Notes: generated from the sequence alone by a model not told the origin. Counted from the stretch's first letter, positions 1 through 9,771 are shown. The stretch is DNA of 64,000 nucleotides from an uncultured Bifidobacteriaceae bacterium (GCA_964501785.1 CAZCUD010000002.1:197836-261835); one strand, 5' to 3'. Translations and numbers: made by a program.

Positions 1-65
1 TCGCCGAGCGACTGGTCGCGAGGGCTGCAGCTGGACACGAGCGGCTCCGGACACCACCGGCGGAA

Positions 66-81
66 GTGAACACAGGTTAAC
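66..81. promoter_or_regulatory. candidate operator GTGAACACAGGTTAAC upstream of first ACAD
   Basis: Semi-palindrome 12 nt before the ATG at 94; 15/16 identical to the reverse complement of 2629-2644. Confidence 0.55.
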
Positions 82-93
82 GTACGCCGCCGG

Positions 94-1323
94 ATGGAGC
101 TCACCGACACCCCCGAAGCCGCGGCCTTCCGTGCCGAATGCCGCGCGTGGCTCGAGGCCAACGCGCGCCGCCGTCCCGAAGCCACCGTCAGCAGCGTCAC
201 CGGGGTCCTCGGCGCGGAGATCGACAGCGAGGAGTCGCTCAAGCGTGCTCGCGACTACCAGCGCCGTGCGGCCGCGGACGGCTGGGCTGCAGTCGGCTGG
301 CCACGCGAGTTCGGCGGTCGTGGTGCGAGCTTCATCGAGCAGATCGTGTTCGGCGACGAGGCGTCGCGCTTCGACGTCCCGGACCACGTGTTCCGCATCG
401 GCGTCACGATGGGTGGGCCGACGGTGATCGCGCACGGCACCGACGACCAGCGGGCGCGTTGGCTGCCTCCGTTGCTGACCGGCGAGGAGATCTGGTGCCA
501 GCTGTTCTCCGAGCCCGGCGCGGGCTCCGACCTCGCGGGCCTCCGCACGACGGCGGTCCGGGACGGTGACGAGTGGATCGTGAACGGGCAGAAGGTGTGG
601 TCGTCGGGCGCGCACTACTCGCGCCGCGGGATGCTGCTCGCCCGGACCGACCCCGACGTCCCCAAGCACGCCGGCATCACCTACTTCCTCGTCGACATGC
701 AGACTCCGGGCATCGAGGTCAGACCCCTCCGCCAGATGACGGGGGCGGCGCACTTCAACGAGGTGTTCTTCACCGACGTGCGCGTGCCGGACCACGATCG
801 CCTCGGCGACGTCGACGACGGATGGCGCGTCGCACAGACGACGCTGCTCAACGAGCGCGCGTCGATCGCCGAGCTCATCGGCGCGTCCAACCCCGCGCTG
901 CCGCTCGTGGAGCTCGCGCGGCAGGCATCCCTCGATGGACGACCCGGCATCGAGGACGCGCGCGTGCGTCAACGCCTCGCGCTCACGTACACGGAGGGCG
1001 AGATCCTCCGCTACGTCGGGATGCGGATCGTCTCCGCGTTCTCACGCGGCGCCTTCCCGGGACCGGAGGCGTCGATCGCGAAGCTCGCGATGGCCGACCT
1101 GCTCCGCACCACGCACGACCTCGCCCTCGCGCTGCTCGGTCCCGCGGCTGCGGCCGAACCCAGCGACTGGGCCGTGGGCTTCCTCGCCGCGCCGTCGGTG
1201 CGCATCGCCGGTGGCTCCGACGAGGTGCAGCGCAACATCATCGGCGAGCGGGTGCTCGGGCTCCCCAAGGACCCCGGATGGTCCAAGGACACCGCGTTCC
1301 GCGACCTGCCCGCCAACGGTTGA
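94..1323 (+). CDS. acyl-CoA dehydrogenase (FadE family)
   Basis: WCQLFSEPGAGSDLA, NGQKVWSS, FNEVFF and IAGGSDEVQRNIIGERVLGLP are typical ACAD motifs. Confidence 0.95.
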   Translation: MELTDTPEAAAFRAECRAWLEANARRRPEATVSSVTGVLGAEIDSEESLKRARDYQRRAAADGWAAVGWPREFGGRGASFIEQIVFGDEASRFDVPDHVFRIGVTMGGPTVIAHGTDDQRARWLPPLLTGEEIWCQLFSEPGAGSDLAGLRTTAVRDGDEWIVNGQKVWSSGAHYSRRGMLLARTDPDVPKHAGITYFLVDMQTPGIEVRPLRQMTGAAHFNEVFFTDVRVPDHDRLGDVDDGWRVAQTTLLNERASIAELIGASNPALPLVELARQASLDGRPGIEDARVRQRLALTYTEGEILRYVGMRIVSAFSRGAFPGPEASIAKLAMADLLRTTHDLALALLGPAAAAEPSDWAVGFLAAPSVRIAGGSDEVQRNIIGERVLGLPKDPGWSKDTAFRDLPANG

Positions 1324-1340
1324 GCGCGGCGCCTCACGCG

Positions 1341-2576
1341 TCAGTGGCCGAGCTCGTTCCAGGGGACGTCGCGGTCGACCGCCGGCTCCTTCGGCAGGCC
1401 CAGGACCCGCTCACCGAGGATGTTGCGCGAGATCTCGGTCGTCCCGCCGCCGATGGTCGATCCCCGCGTCGTGAGGAAGCCCTTCTGGAGATCGACCTTC
1501 TCGTCGGGACCGAGGGCGGTCTCCCCGATCACGTCGGGGCGGCGCATCTCGTAGTCGGAGATCAGCATGCCCTCGGGACCGAGCAGGTTCACGACGAGCT
1601 CGAACGCGCGCTGCTGGTGCTCGCTGACCATCAGCCGCCCGATCGAGCCCTCTGGTCCGGGGGTCCCCTGCTCGCGCGCCTGCTCCGCACGCAACATCGT
1701 CAGACGCACGATCTCGCTCTCGATCCACAGATCGACGAGCGCGTCACGACGCACGGGGTCGCGCGCCTCGGGTCGGAGCGCGTTCCACACACGGATCGCA
1801 TGACGGACGACTCCTCCCTCCCGTCCGGTGAGCTTTCCGACGCGCCCGAGCATGACGCGCTCGTTCATCAGGGTCGCGATCGCGACGTTCCAGCCGTCGC
1901 CGACCTCGCCGATGCGCTGCGAGTCGGGGATGCGGGCGTCCGTGAAGAAGATCTCGTTGAACTCCGCCTCGCCGGTCATCTGGCGCAGCGGACGCACCTC
2001 GACGCCCGCTTGGTGCATGTCGATGTAGAAGTACGACAGACCCTTGTGCTTCGGAGCGTCGGGATCGGTACGCGCAAGGAGCAGCCCCCAACGCGCGACG
2101 TGTGCCATGCTCGTCCACACCTTCTGGCCGTTGATGACCCACTCGTCGCCATCACGAGCCGCGCGTGTCGCGAGCGCAGCGACGTCCGAGCCTGCGCCCG
2201 GCTCGCTGAACATCTGGCACCAGATCTCTTCGCAGGTGAAGTCGGGTCGGAGCAGCCGCTCCTGCTGCTCCTCGGTGCCGAACGCGACCAGGGTCGGTCC
2301 CGCCATGCCGACGCCCATCATGTTGACGAGCAGGTTCGACGGCGCGCCGGCGCGCATCAGGTGCTCGTCGACGATGTCCTGCAGACCTGGATCGACCCCG
2401 AGCCCGCCCTTGCCCTCGGGAAACTGGATCCAGGCCAGGCCCAGGTCGAACTGCGCCCCCCAGAACTCGCGCACCGGCGTCGTGGCCGGGGGGTGGGAGC
2501 GCAGCAGCTCGGCGACCCGCTCCTCGACCGCGCCGACCTCATCGGTCGCCTCGCCGGGTCGCACGTCGATCGCCAC
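1341..2576 (-). CDS. acyl-CoA dehydrogenase (FadE family)
   Basis: WCQMFSEPGAGSDVA, NGQKVWTS and IGGGTTEISRNILGERVLGLP. Start placed at GTG 2576 after a GGAGG-like RBS. Confidence 0.95.
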   Translation of the reverse strand: MAIDVRPGEATDEVGAVEERVAELLRSHPPATTPVREFWGAQFDLGLAWIQFPEGKGGLGVDPGLQDIVDEHLMRAGAPSNLLVNMMGVGMAGPTLVAFGTEEQQERLLRPDFTCEEIWCQMFSEPGAGSDVAALATRAARDGDEWVINGQKVWTSMAHVARWGLLLARTDPDAPKHKGLSYFYIDMHQAGVEVRPLRQMTGEAEFNEIFFTDARIPDSQRIGEVGDGWNVAIATLMNERVMLGRVGKLTGREGGVVRHAIRVWNALRPEARDPVRRDALVDLWIESEIVRLTMLRAEQAREQGTPGPEGSIGRLMVSEHQQRAFELVVNLLGPEGMLISDYEMRRPDVIGETALGPDEKVDLQKGFLTTRGSTIGGGTTEISRNILGERVLGLPKEPAVDRDVPWNELGH

Positions 2577-2628
2577 TGCACACCCTCCTGACGTGCGCCA
2601 CCGGCGCGTGCGCACGAACCGGGCCATA

Positions 2629-2644
2629 GTTAACCTGCGTTCAC
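2629..2644. promoter_or_regulatory. candidate operator GTTAACCTGCGTTCAC in the divergent ACAD/amidase region
   Basis: Near-identical inverted copy of 66-81. Confidence 0.55.
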
Positions 2645-2719
2645 CTGGGTGTCAACGGAGCCCGGATCGAGAGTCACGTCGTGACCACGGGACACGTGAC
2701 CTGACGAGGAGGGGGGTAG

Positions 2720-4132
2720 ATGGGAGACGACGAGCTCGCGTACACGCCCGCGCTCGAGCAGGCCGCGCTCGTGCGCACCGGCGAGGTGTCACCGACGGAG
2801 CTCGTCGCGCAGACGCTCGCTCGCATCGAGGCGCTGAACCCGCAGCTGGATGCCTTCCTCACGGTCGCGGCCGACCAGGCGCACGCCGCCGCACGTGACG
2901 CCGAGGCGCGACTCGCCGAGGGAGGCGACCTCCCACCGTTCCTCGGCGTCCCGATCTCGATCAAGGACCTCAACGACACCGCCGGGATCCGCACGACGCA
3001 CGGCACCGCGACCTGGCACGACCGCGTGCCGACGCGCGATGACGAGGTCGTCCGGCGCATCCGGCGGGCCGGCTTCGTCATCGTCGGCAAGACGAACACC
3101 CCGGAGTTCGGCTCACGATCGACCACGGAGTCACCCGCATACCCGACGGCGCGCAATCCATGGGACTCGACCAGGACGCCGGGCGGCTCGTCGGGCGGCG
3201 CGGGTGCCGCCGTCGCCGCGGGCATGGGTTCCGTCGCGCAGGGCTCCGACGGTGGTGGGTCGATCCGCATCCCGTCGGCGTGGTGTGGTGTCTTCGGGAT
3301 CAAGCCCTCTCGGGGCCGCGTCTCGAACGCGCCGGGACCCCTGAGCTGGAACTCGGTGAACGGTCCGCTCGCGCGCACCGTCGCCGACGCCGCCGCGCTC
3401 CTCGACGTGCTCTGCGGGCCCGCCGAGGGCGACGCCTGGTGGCTCCCCCTGCCCGAGCGCCCGTACCTCGACGAGGTCGGAGTCGCGCCGGGCCGCCTCC
3501 GCGTCGCCTGGACCACCGAGCATCCTGACCCGGAGCTCGAGGTCGAGCCCGCGTGGCGCGTCGGTGTCGAGCGAACGGCGCGGCTGCTCGCCGACGCCGG
3601 ACACGAGCTCGTCGAGGCCACACCGCCGCGCCTCGACCTCGCTTCGCTAGCGCTCGTTCCTGCGAGCGCGACTGCTGCTCGCCCCGACCTGCCCCCGGTC
3701 GACACGCTCGACCTGCCGAACCAGACGCTGGTCACGATCTCCGCGGCCGCGAGCGCGGTCGACCTCGTGACGTCGCAACGACGTCTTCAGGAGGAGACCC
3801 GGCGTGCCGTCGAGTTCTTCCGCGACCACGACGTGCTCCTCACGCCCACGCTCGCGGGAGGGCCGCCGCCGCTCGGCACGAAGGTCATGGGGGCCGAGGA
3901 CTGGGAAGGGATGTTCGAGGTGCTCCAGATCGTCGCCTTCACCCCGACCTGGAACATCACGGGCCAGCCCGCCGTGGCGGTGCCCGCCGGCTTCGACGAC
4001 GACGGCCTGCCGGTCTCGGTCCAGCTCGTCGGCCGCCCTGCCGACGAGGCGACGCTCGTGCGGCTCGCGAGCCATCTCGAAGCCGTGGCACCGTGGCGCG
4101 ACGAGCGCCCACCGATCGGAGGGAATGCATGA
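2720..4132 (+). CDS. amidase (amidase-signature family)
   Basis: GVPISIKD (Lys), GGSSGG and GSDGGGSIRIP (Ser-cisSer-Lys triad). Confidence 0.95.
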   Translation: MGDDELAYTPALEQAALVRTGEVSPTELVAQTLARIEALNPQLDAFLTVAADQAHAAARDAEARLAEGGDLPPFLGVPISIKDLNDTAGIRTTHGTATWHDRVPTRDDEVVRRIRRAGFVIVGKTNTPEFGSRSTTESPAYPTARNPWDSTRTPGGSSGGAGAAVAAGMGSVAQGSDGGGSIRIPSAWCGVFGIKPSRGRVSNAPGPLSWNSVNGPLARTVADAAALLDVLCGPAEGDAWWLPLPERPYLDEVGVAPGRLRVAWTTEHPDPELEVEPAWRVGVERTARLLADAGHELVEATPPRLDLASLALVPASATAARPDLPPVDTLDLPNQTLVTISAAASAVDLVTSQRRLQEETRRAVEFFRDHDVLLTPTLAGGPPPLGTKVMGAEDWEGMFEVLQIVAFTPTWNITGQPAVAVPAGFDDDGLPVSVQLVGRPADEATLVRLASHLEAVAPWRDERPPIGGNA

Positions 4133-5718
4133 CGGCACCGGCGTCGATCACGTCACTGACCATCGGCGACCTCATCCGAGAGCAGGCTGCGGCGATCGGA
4201 GACCGCACCGCCTTCACGTACGAAGGCGCCGACGTGAGCTATGCGCAGCTCGACGCTGCCGCGAGCAAGGTCGCGAACGCACTCATCGCCGAGGGCATCG
4301 GGCCCGGCGATCGCGTCGCGATCCTCGACAAGAACACGCTGGAGCTCTTCGAGCTGCTGTTCGGGACCGCGAAGATCGGTGCGGTGCTGTGCCCGGTCAA
4401 CTGGCGACTGACGCCGCCGGAGGTCACCCACGTCGTCAACGACGCGCAGACGAAGCTGCTCGTCGTCGGCCCCGACTTCTACTCGGTGCTCGACGAGTGC
4501 GAGCGCGACCTGACCACCGTGCAGCGCATCTTGGCGGTGGGCGATCACCCACGCCACGACACGTACGCGGACTGGCGCGACGCGCAACCCGACACCGATC
4601 CGGGCGTCACCACCGAGCCCGACGACGTGGCGATCCAGTTCTACACGTCGGGCACGACCGGGCTGCCGAAGGGCGCGATGCTCTCCAGTCGCAACCTGGC
4701 ATCGCTCGTTGCACCTGCCAACGAGGCGCTCGGGCTCGGCGACGACACCGTGAGCCTCGTCGCGATGCCGCTCTTCCACGTCGCCGGCGCGGGTTGGGCG
4801 CTGTTCGGGCTCTACAACGGTGCGCGCAACGTGATGCTGCGCGAGGTCGACCTGCCCGCGATCCTCGCCGCCATCTCGGAGCACCGGATCACCCACGCCG
4901 TGCTCGTGCCTGCCGTCATGCAGTTCCTGCTGATGACCCCGGGCATCGAGGATCTCGACTGCTCGTCGCTGCGCCTGATCGTCTACGGCGCGTCGCCGAT
5001 CGCCGAGGAGGTGCTCATCGCGTCGATGGACCGCTTCGGCTGCGACTTCGTGCAGGCGTACGGCCTCACCGAGACGGGCGGCGGTGTCGTGCTCCTGCAC
5101 CCCGAGGACCACGACCCGGGCGGCCCGCGGTCCCATCGACTCCAGGCGGCGGGACGACCGATGCGTGGTGTCGAGCTGCGCATCGTCGGCGACGCCGACG
5201 TGGAGCTGCCGACGGGCGAGATCGGCGAGGTCTGGATCAGGTCGCCGAGCACGATGCTCGGCTACTGGAACCAGCCCGACGCCACAAGCGCCGCGATCAC
5301 CGCGGACGGCTGGTTCCGCTCCGGTGATGCCGGCTTCGTCGATGCCGACGGCTACCTCTACATCCGTGACCGCGTCAAGGACATGATCATCTCGGGTGGT
5401 GAGAACGTCTACCCGGCCGAGGTCGAGAGCGCGCTCATGGCACATCCTGCGATCGCCGACGTCGCGGTCATCGGCGTGCCCGACGACCGGTGGGGCGAGA
5501 CCGTGAAGGCCATCGTGGTGCCCGCGACCGGCGCCGATGCCGATCGCGCGGCGCTCGAGCGCGACGTGCTGGCGTGGAGCCGAGACCGACTCGCCGGCTA
5601 CAAGTGCCCGACCTCGATCGACTGGATCGAGATGCTGCCGCGCAACCCGTCAGGGAAGATCCTCAAGCGTGAGCTGCGCGCGCCGTACTGGGACGGTCAC
5701 GATCGCCAGGTGAGCTGA
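4129..5718 (+). CDS. long-chain fatty acid-CoA ligase (FadD family)
   Basis: YTSGTTGLPKG, AYGLTE, WFRSGDAG, DRVKDMIISGGENVYP and PRNPSGKILK. ATG 4129 overlaps the amidase stop. Confidence 0.95.
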   Translation: MTAPASITSLTIGDLIREQAAAIGDRTAFTYEGADVSYAQLDAAASKVANALIAEGIGPGDRVAILDKNTLELFELLFGTAKIGAVLCPVNWRLTPPEVTHVVNDAQTKLLVVGPDFYSVLDECERDLTTVQRILAVGDHPRHDTYADWRDAQPDTDPGVTTEPDDVAIQFYTSGTTGLPKGAMLSSRNLASLVAPANEALGLGDDTVSLVAMPLFHVAGAGWALFGLYNGARNVMLREVDLPAILAAISEHRITHAVLVPAVMQFLLMTPGIEDLDCSSLRLIVYGASPIAEEVLIASMDRFGCDFVQAYGLTETGGGVVLLHPEDHDPGGPRSHRLQAAGRPMRGVELRIVGDADVELPTGEIGEVWIRSPSTMLGYWNQPDATSAAITADGWFRSGDAGFVDADGYLYIRDRVKDMIISGGENVYPAEVESALMAHPAIADVAVIGVPDDRWGETVKAIVVPATGADADRAALERDVLAWSRDRLAGYKCPTSIDWIEMLPRNPSGKILKRELRAPYWDGHDRQVS

Positions 5719-5751
5719 AGGGCCAGACGCGCCCGCGCTGCAGGGGTCGTG

Positions 5752-5797
5752 GTGGGCGATAGAGGATTTGAACCTCTGACCTCTTCCGCGTCAAGGA
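5752..5797 (-). repeat. att site: displaced 3' half of tRNA-Val(GAC), 46-bp direct repeat with 30629-30674
   Basis: GTGGGCGATAGAGGATTTGAACCTCTGACCTCTTCCGCGTCAAGGA is identical at both positions. Confidence 0.97.
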
Positions 5798-5901
5798 CGT
5801 CAGGGGGTTCCATGGCATCGCCGCGTTCGGCGCGAATTGTCGCTTGACCTGCGAAAACACTGTGCAGCACTTCGCGTCGGTCATCGCCGTTTTTCGTTCT
5901 C

Positions 5902-5922
5902 CCGCGGCCCAGCCGCGGCCCA
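5902..5922. repeat. candidate integrase arm-binding sites, 2 x CCGCGGCCCA (11-bp period)
   Basis: The same 10-mer occurs three times at 30538-30569 at the other end of the island. Confidence 0.7.
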
Positions 5923-6086
5923 AGAGAAGGCGCCGTACACGGGGGGGCTTCGGTGATGAGCGAGCGCGGCGAACGCGCCGCCGGCCGCGAGCGCTGGCAG
6001 CGCGCAGCACGCGGCCGTGGCCACGACTGCGAGCACTCGGATTCCGGCTCGTCTGGGGCCTCGCTCTCCTTCATCGTCGGCCGCCC

Positions 6087-7466
6087 TCACGCCGCGCAGC
6101 ACGAGAGCTGCTCGATCGGCGTGGTGAACGACTGGGCCACAAGCTTGAGCGCTTCGCTCATCGTCAGATACGGCGCCCACGTGCTGGCCACGTCGCTAAC
6201 GGTGAGCCCGAACTTGATCGCATACACGCCGGCCAGGATGAGCTCACCGGCACCGTCGGCGAGGGCGTGCACGCCGAGAACCTCGCCGCTGTCGCGGTCG
6301 GCCACGAGCTTGATCGCGCCGCGCGTGTCGCGATTCACCAGTGCGCGGGGCACGTTGTCGAGCTCGAGCAAGCGGCAGTCACAGGCATGCCCGGCGGCGA
6401 CCGCCTCGGACTCGGTGAGCCCCGCGCTCGCGAGCTGGGGATCGGTGAACACGACGTCGGGCAGCCCGGTGTAGTCCACCGCGTCGTGCGTGCCGCGCAA
6501 CGCGTTGCGCGCCGCGGCGTGGCCCTGCGCGGCGGCGACGTAGACGAACTGCGGTCCGCCGGTCACGTCGCCGGCGGCGAAGACATGGGGGTTGGAGGTT
6601 CGTAGAGTGTCGTCGGTGGTGATGAAGCCGCGGCGGTCCAGCTCGACACCCGCCGCGGTCACATCCAACTCGTCGACGCGGGCCTGGCGTCCGGTTGCGA
6701 CCAGGACCGCGTCGCCTTCCACCGCGGTGCCGCGGTCTGTTCGCACCACGCGCGTATCACCATGACGCTCGACGGTCGCGGCCCGGGCATTGACGACGCT
6801 GATGCCCTCTTCGAGCAGGATCGCTCGCAAGCGGCTGGCAAGCTCGGGCTCGGCTCGAGGGGCCACACGCCCGATGATGGTGACCTGCGCGCCGAGGTGA
6901 GCGAACAGCTGGCTCTGCTCCAGGCCGACGAAGCCCCCGCCGATGGTGACGAGGCGCCGGGGCAGTGTGGTCCGGTCCATGGCGGTGGTCGAGGTCAGAA
7001 AGCCGGCCTCACCCAGCCCGGGCACGTCGGGGATGGTCGGCTCCGCGCCGGTGGCGATCACAGAGGCGCCCGCCTGCAGCTCGGCACCGCCGACGGCCAA
7101 CGTGGTCGGATCCTTGAATGTGGCTTGGTCGTGGATGATCTCGAAGCCGTAGTGCTCCGCGAGATCCAGGTACTTGCGTTGGCGTAGGTCCCCGATCAGC
7201 TCGTCCTTCTGGGTGATCAGCGCGGCGAGGTCCACCGGGCCCACGCTGGTTGGAACTCCTGCGAAGGGATGCGACGCCGCCTGGTGGTACGTGTGCGCCG
7301 CCGCGAGCAACGTCTTGGACGGAACGCAACCGATGTTCACGCACGTGCCGCCCACGGTGGCGCGTTCGATCATCACCACGCGTGCACCGAGGCGACTGCC
7401 TTCGATCGCGGCCGCGAACGCAGCGCCACCCGACCCGATGATCGCCAGATCGGCATCGTGTCGCAC
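6087..7466 (-). CDS. merA: mercuric reductase without N-terminal NmerA domain
   Basis: IIGSGGAA FAD motif, GGTCVNIGCVPSK redox pair, WAPYLTMSEALKL and C-terminal SCCAA. Confidence 0.95.
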   Translation of the reverse strand: MRHDADLAIIGSGGAAFAAAIEGSRLGARVVMIERATVGGTCVNIGCVPSKTLLAAAHTYHQAASHPFAGVPTSVGPVDLAALITQKDELIGDLRQRKYLDLAEHYGFEIIHDQATFKDPTTLAVGGAELQAGASVIATGAEPTIPDVPGLGEAGFLTSTTAMDRTTLPRRLVTIGGGFVGLEQSQLFAHLGAQVTIIGRVAPRAEPELASRLRAILLEEGISVVNARAATVERHGDTRVVRTDRGTAVEGDAVLVATGRQARVDELDVTAAGVELDRRGFITTDDTLRTSNPHVFAAGDVTGGPQFVYVAAAQGHAAARNALRGTHDAVDYTGLPDVVFTDPQLASAGLTESEAVAAGHACDCRLLELDNVPRALVNRDTRGAIKLVADRDSGEVLGVHALADGAGELILAGVYAIKFGLTVSDVASTWAPYLTMSEALKLVAQSFTTPIEQLSCCAA

Positions 7467-7477
7467 GGCGCCGCCCC

Positions 7478-7837
7478 CTAGATCCAGTCCGGGCCGATGC
7501 GCTCGCACGACACCAAGTGGTCGCAGTGCTCGCTCGCCATCACCCGCGCCGCGTCAACCAGGCCGCGCACCCGCTCGTCACGAACGCGATAGATCACTTG
7601 ACGTCCCTGGCGGTCTGCGTCGACGAATGCGCACCAGCGCAAGCACGCCAGATGATTCGACACCCGACTCTGCGGGCAGCCGAGCGCCTCGACCAGCTCC
7701 GACACCGTCCGCGGACCCTCGATCAGCAACCCGAGGATCCCCAACCGCGTCGGATCCCCCAGCACGCGAAAGAAGCGCGCGGTGGCGACGTCGAGCCTCT
7801 CGCTGGCTTGCAGAGTCGCGGCCATCTCCCGCACCAT
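7478..7837 (-). CDS. ArsR/SmtB family metal-sensing repressor, CmtR-like
   Basis: LGDPTRLGIL and SNHLACLRWC plus C-terminal Cys residues. Start is 7837 or 7825; the ORF-track extension to 8680 is a shadow. Confidence 0.9.
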   Translation of the reverse strand: MVREMAATLQASERLDVATARFFRVLGDPTRLGILGLLIEGPRTVSELVEALGCPQSRVSNHLACLRWCAFVDADRQGRQVIYRVRDERVRGLVDAARVMASEHCDHLVSCERIGPDWI

Positions 7838-7864
7838 ATAACAGGCAATCCTGATATAACAAGC
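7836..7864. promoter_or_regulatory. divergent promoter/operator between ArsR gene and MFS gene
   Basis: AT-rich patch with imperfect IR TATAACAGG-CAAT-CCTGATATA and direct repeat ATATAACA(G/A)GC; only ~30 bp separate the two starts. Confidence 0.6.
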
Positions 7865-7867
7865 CTG

Positions 7868-9106
7868 GTGTTGGAGCTGTTCGCGCGCCGACGCGACTTT
7901 CGCCAGCTGTTCCTCGCGCACGCTGTGTCGCGTGCCGGCGATGCCTTCAACGCGGTGGCGCTCGTGGTGCTGGTTCTGGAGCTCACGGACTCGAGCCTGG
8001 GGGTCGCGGGGGCGGTCGCGTTCGAGGTCGTGGCGGTGTTGCTGTTCGGCGTGGTCGCAGGGTTGTTCGTCGATCGCTATCCGCGGCGGGAGGTCATGGT
8101 GATCGCTGACCTCACCCGGGCGGTGCTGGTCGGCGCGCTCGCTGTGTTCTCGGGGTCGCTGGTGCTGGCATTCGTCGTCGCGTTCGGGGTGTCGCTCGGC
8201 GGCGTGGTGTTCAATCCGGCCGCCGCGTCGCTGGTGCCTGAGACCGTCACCCGCAACGAACTGGTGCGGGCGAACGCGACGCTGTGGGCGACGGGCGTGA
8301 CGCTCCAGATCGCCATGGCGCCACTGGCGGGAGTCCTCATCGCGACCGTCGGGGTGGGCGCCGCCTTCGCCGTCAACGCTGCGTCCTTTGCGGGATCGGC
8401 GATCCTGCTGGTGGGCCTGCGCGCGGGCAGGACTCCTGCGTCCATGGAGCCCGTCGGCTGGCGCGCGGCGCTCGCCGGCGTCCACGAAGTACGCGCCCAT
8501 CCGCTGTTGCGTCGCCTCTCGGTTGCGCAGCTGCTCGCCGCGCTCTCGGCCGGCGCGACCAGCGGGCTCCTCGTGGTGTTGGCCCGTGAGCGCCTCGGAA
8601 CCGACTCCGCCGGCTTCGGGTTCCTGCTCGGCGCGATCGGGGTCGGCGCCGTCGCCGGGACGCTCCTGTTGGCACGCCACATACGCCCGGGAGTACGGGG
8701 ATGGCTGTTTGGCCCGCTCGCCGGACGCGGCCTCGTCGACCTCGGCCTGGCCACCACGACCAGCCCCGCGCTCGCCGGCGGTCTCCTCGCCGTCTACGGC
8801 GCCGGCACCTCGACCGGCACGATTGCCTTCCAGTCGACACTCCAGACCGAGACCGACGCCGAACGCCGCGGACGCGTGTTCGCGTTCTTCGACATCCTCT
8901 GGGGCAGTGGGCGGCTCGTCTCACTCGGAATCGGGGGCGTTCTCGCCGATGTGCTCGGCGTACGGGCCGTCTACTACGCGGGCGGCGTGGTCCTGGTGCT
9001 CGCGGCCCTCACCGGTTTCCGATCCCCGCTCCTTCGCACGACGGCTCGGGGCCGCGGTCGTGGGGACCCGGCGGCACCCGCCGCTCCGCCCGAACCGCTC
9101 GGATGA
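7868..9106 (+). CDS. MFS transporter
   Basis: About 12 hydrophobic segments, GLFVDRYPRREVM motif A and FRQLFLAHAVS N-terminus. Confidence 0.9.
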   Translation: MLELFARRRDFRQLFLAHAVSRAGDAFNAVALVVLVLELTDSSLGVAGAVAFEVVAVLLFGVVAGLFVDRYPRREVMVIADLTRAVLVGALAVFSGSLVLAFVVAFGVSLGGVVFNPAAASLVPETVTRNELVRANATLWATGVTLQIAMAPLAGVLIATVGVGAAFAVNAASFAGSAILLVGLRAGRTPASMEPVGWRAALAGVHEVRAHPLLRRLSVAQLLAALSAGATSGLLVVLARERLGTDSAGFGFLLGAIGVGAVAGTLLLARHIRPGVRGWLFGPLAGRGLVDLGLATTTSPALAGGLLAVYGAGTSTGTIAFQSTLQTETDAERRGRVFAFFDILWGSGRLVSLGIGGVLADVLGVRAVYYAGGVVLVLAALTGFRSPLLRTTARGRGRGDPAAPAAPPEPLG

Positions 9107-9340
9107 CGCCTGATCACCAGCGGCGTGCGCCCAGGCGCGGGTAAGGGACGAAACCGTCCGTCCGGTGTTGTGGCCGAGCGCGGCACGGTTGGTCGCTGTT
9201 CGGGGTTGATGCGTCCTTCGAAGGTGATCGCGAACGCGCTGAATGCGGGCTCCCCCGGATCGGCAGTCATCGTGTCGAACCTGCCCGGCGGGACGACACC
9301 GGCGTTCTGGCCTCGCTCGAGGTGGATCGCCGTCCGCGTC

Positions 9341-9357
9341 AACGATGGTCTGTAGTA
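9341..9357. promoter_or_regulatory. BlaI-type box AACGAT-N5-GTAGTA
   Basis: One of five similar boxes; 12 nt upstream of ATG 9370. Confidence 0.7.
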
Positions 9358-9369
9358 GCAACGTCGGGA

Positions 9370-9771
9370 ATGACCTTGGCGTGGACCACCCAGAACGTCT
9401 ACCGCAATGCCCTGGTCTTCGTGGTTGTGGGCACTGCGCTGGCGGTGCTGCTGGCCGTGGTGGGGTTGCCACCGGTGAGCATTCATGGGCCACAGCACTT
9501 CGTCGGAGTGATGGACCCCCTGTGTGGGATGACGCGTGCCGTGCGAGCGCTGGCGCGTGGGGAGCTCGGTGTCGCGTGGGCCTACAACCCGGCGAGTTTC
9601 GTGCTTGGGCTCGCGGCGGTCGGCGTTGTCGTCGCGAGCGTCGTCGGCTGGGTTGTGGGGCGTTGGCCGACGATCCGGCTGGTGCGGCCGGATCTCGCGC
9701 GGGCGGTTGCGCTGGTGCTGGTCGCCGTGCTCTGGGTGAATCAACAGTCACATGCAGCTCGGCTCGCGTGA
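9370..9771 (+). CDS. DUF2752-like small membrane protein
   Basis: DPLCGMTRA resembles the DUF2752 CPxCGMTRA motif; YNP motif; 3 TM segments. Confidence 0.7.
   Translation: MTLAWTTQNVYRNALVFVVVGTALAVLLAVVGLPPVSIHGPQHFVGVMDPLCGMTRAVRALARGELGVAWAYNPASFVLGLAAVGVVVASVVGWVVGRWPTIRLVRPDLARAVALVLVAVLWVNQQSHAARLA

Noticed and set aside
573-2591. 672-aa + strand ORF
   Set aside because: Arg/Gly-rich shadow of the two ACAD genes; typical of high-GC DNA.
5752-5797. second tRNA-Val gene
   Set aside because: Only the anticodon-to-3' half is present; it is the att duplicate.
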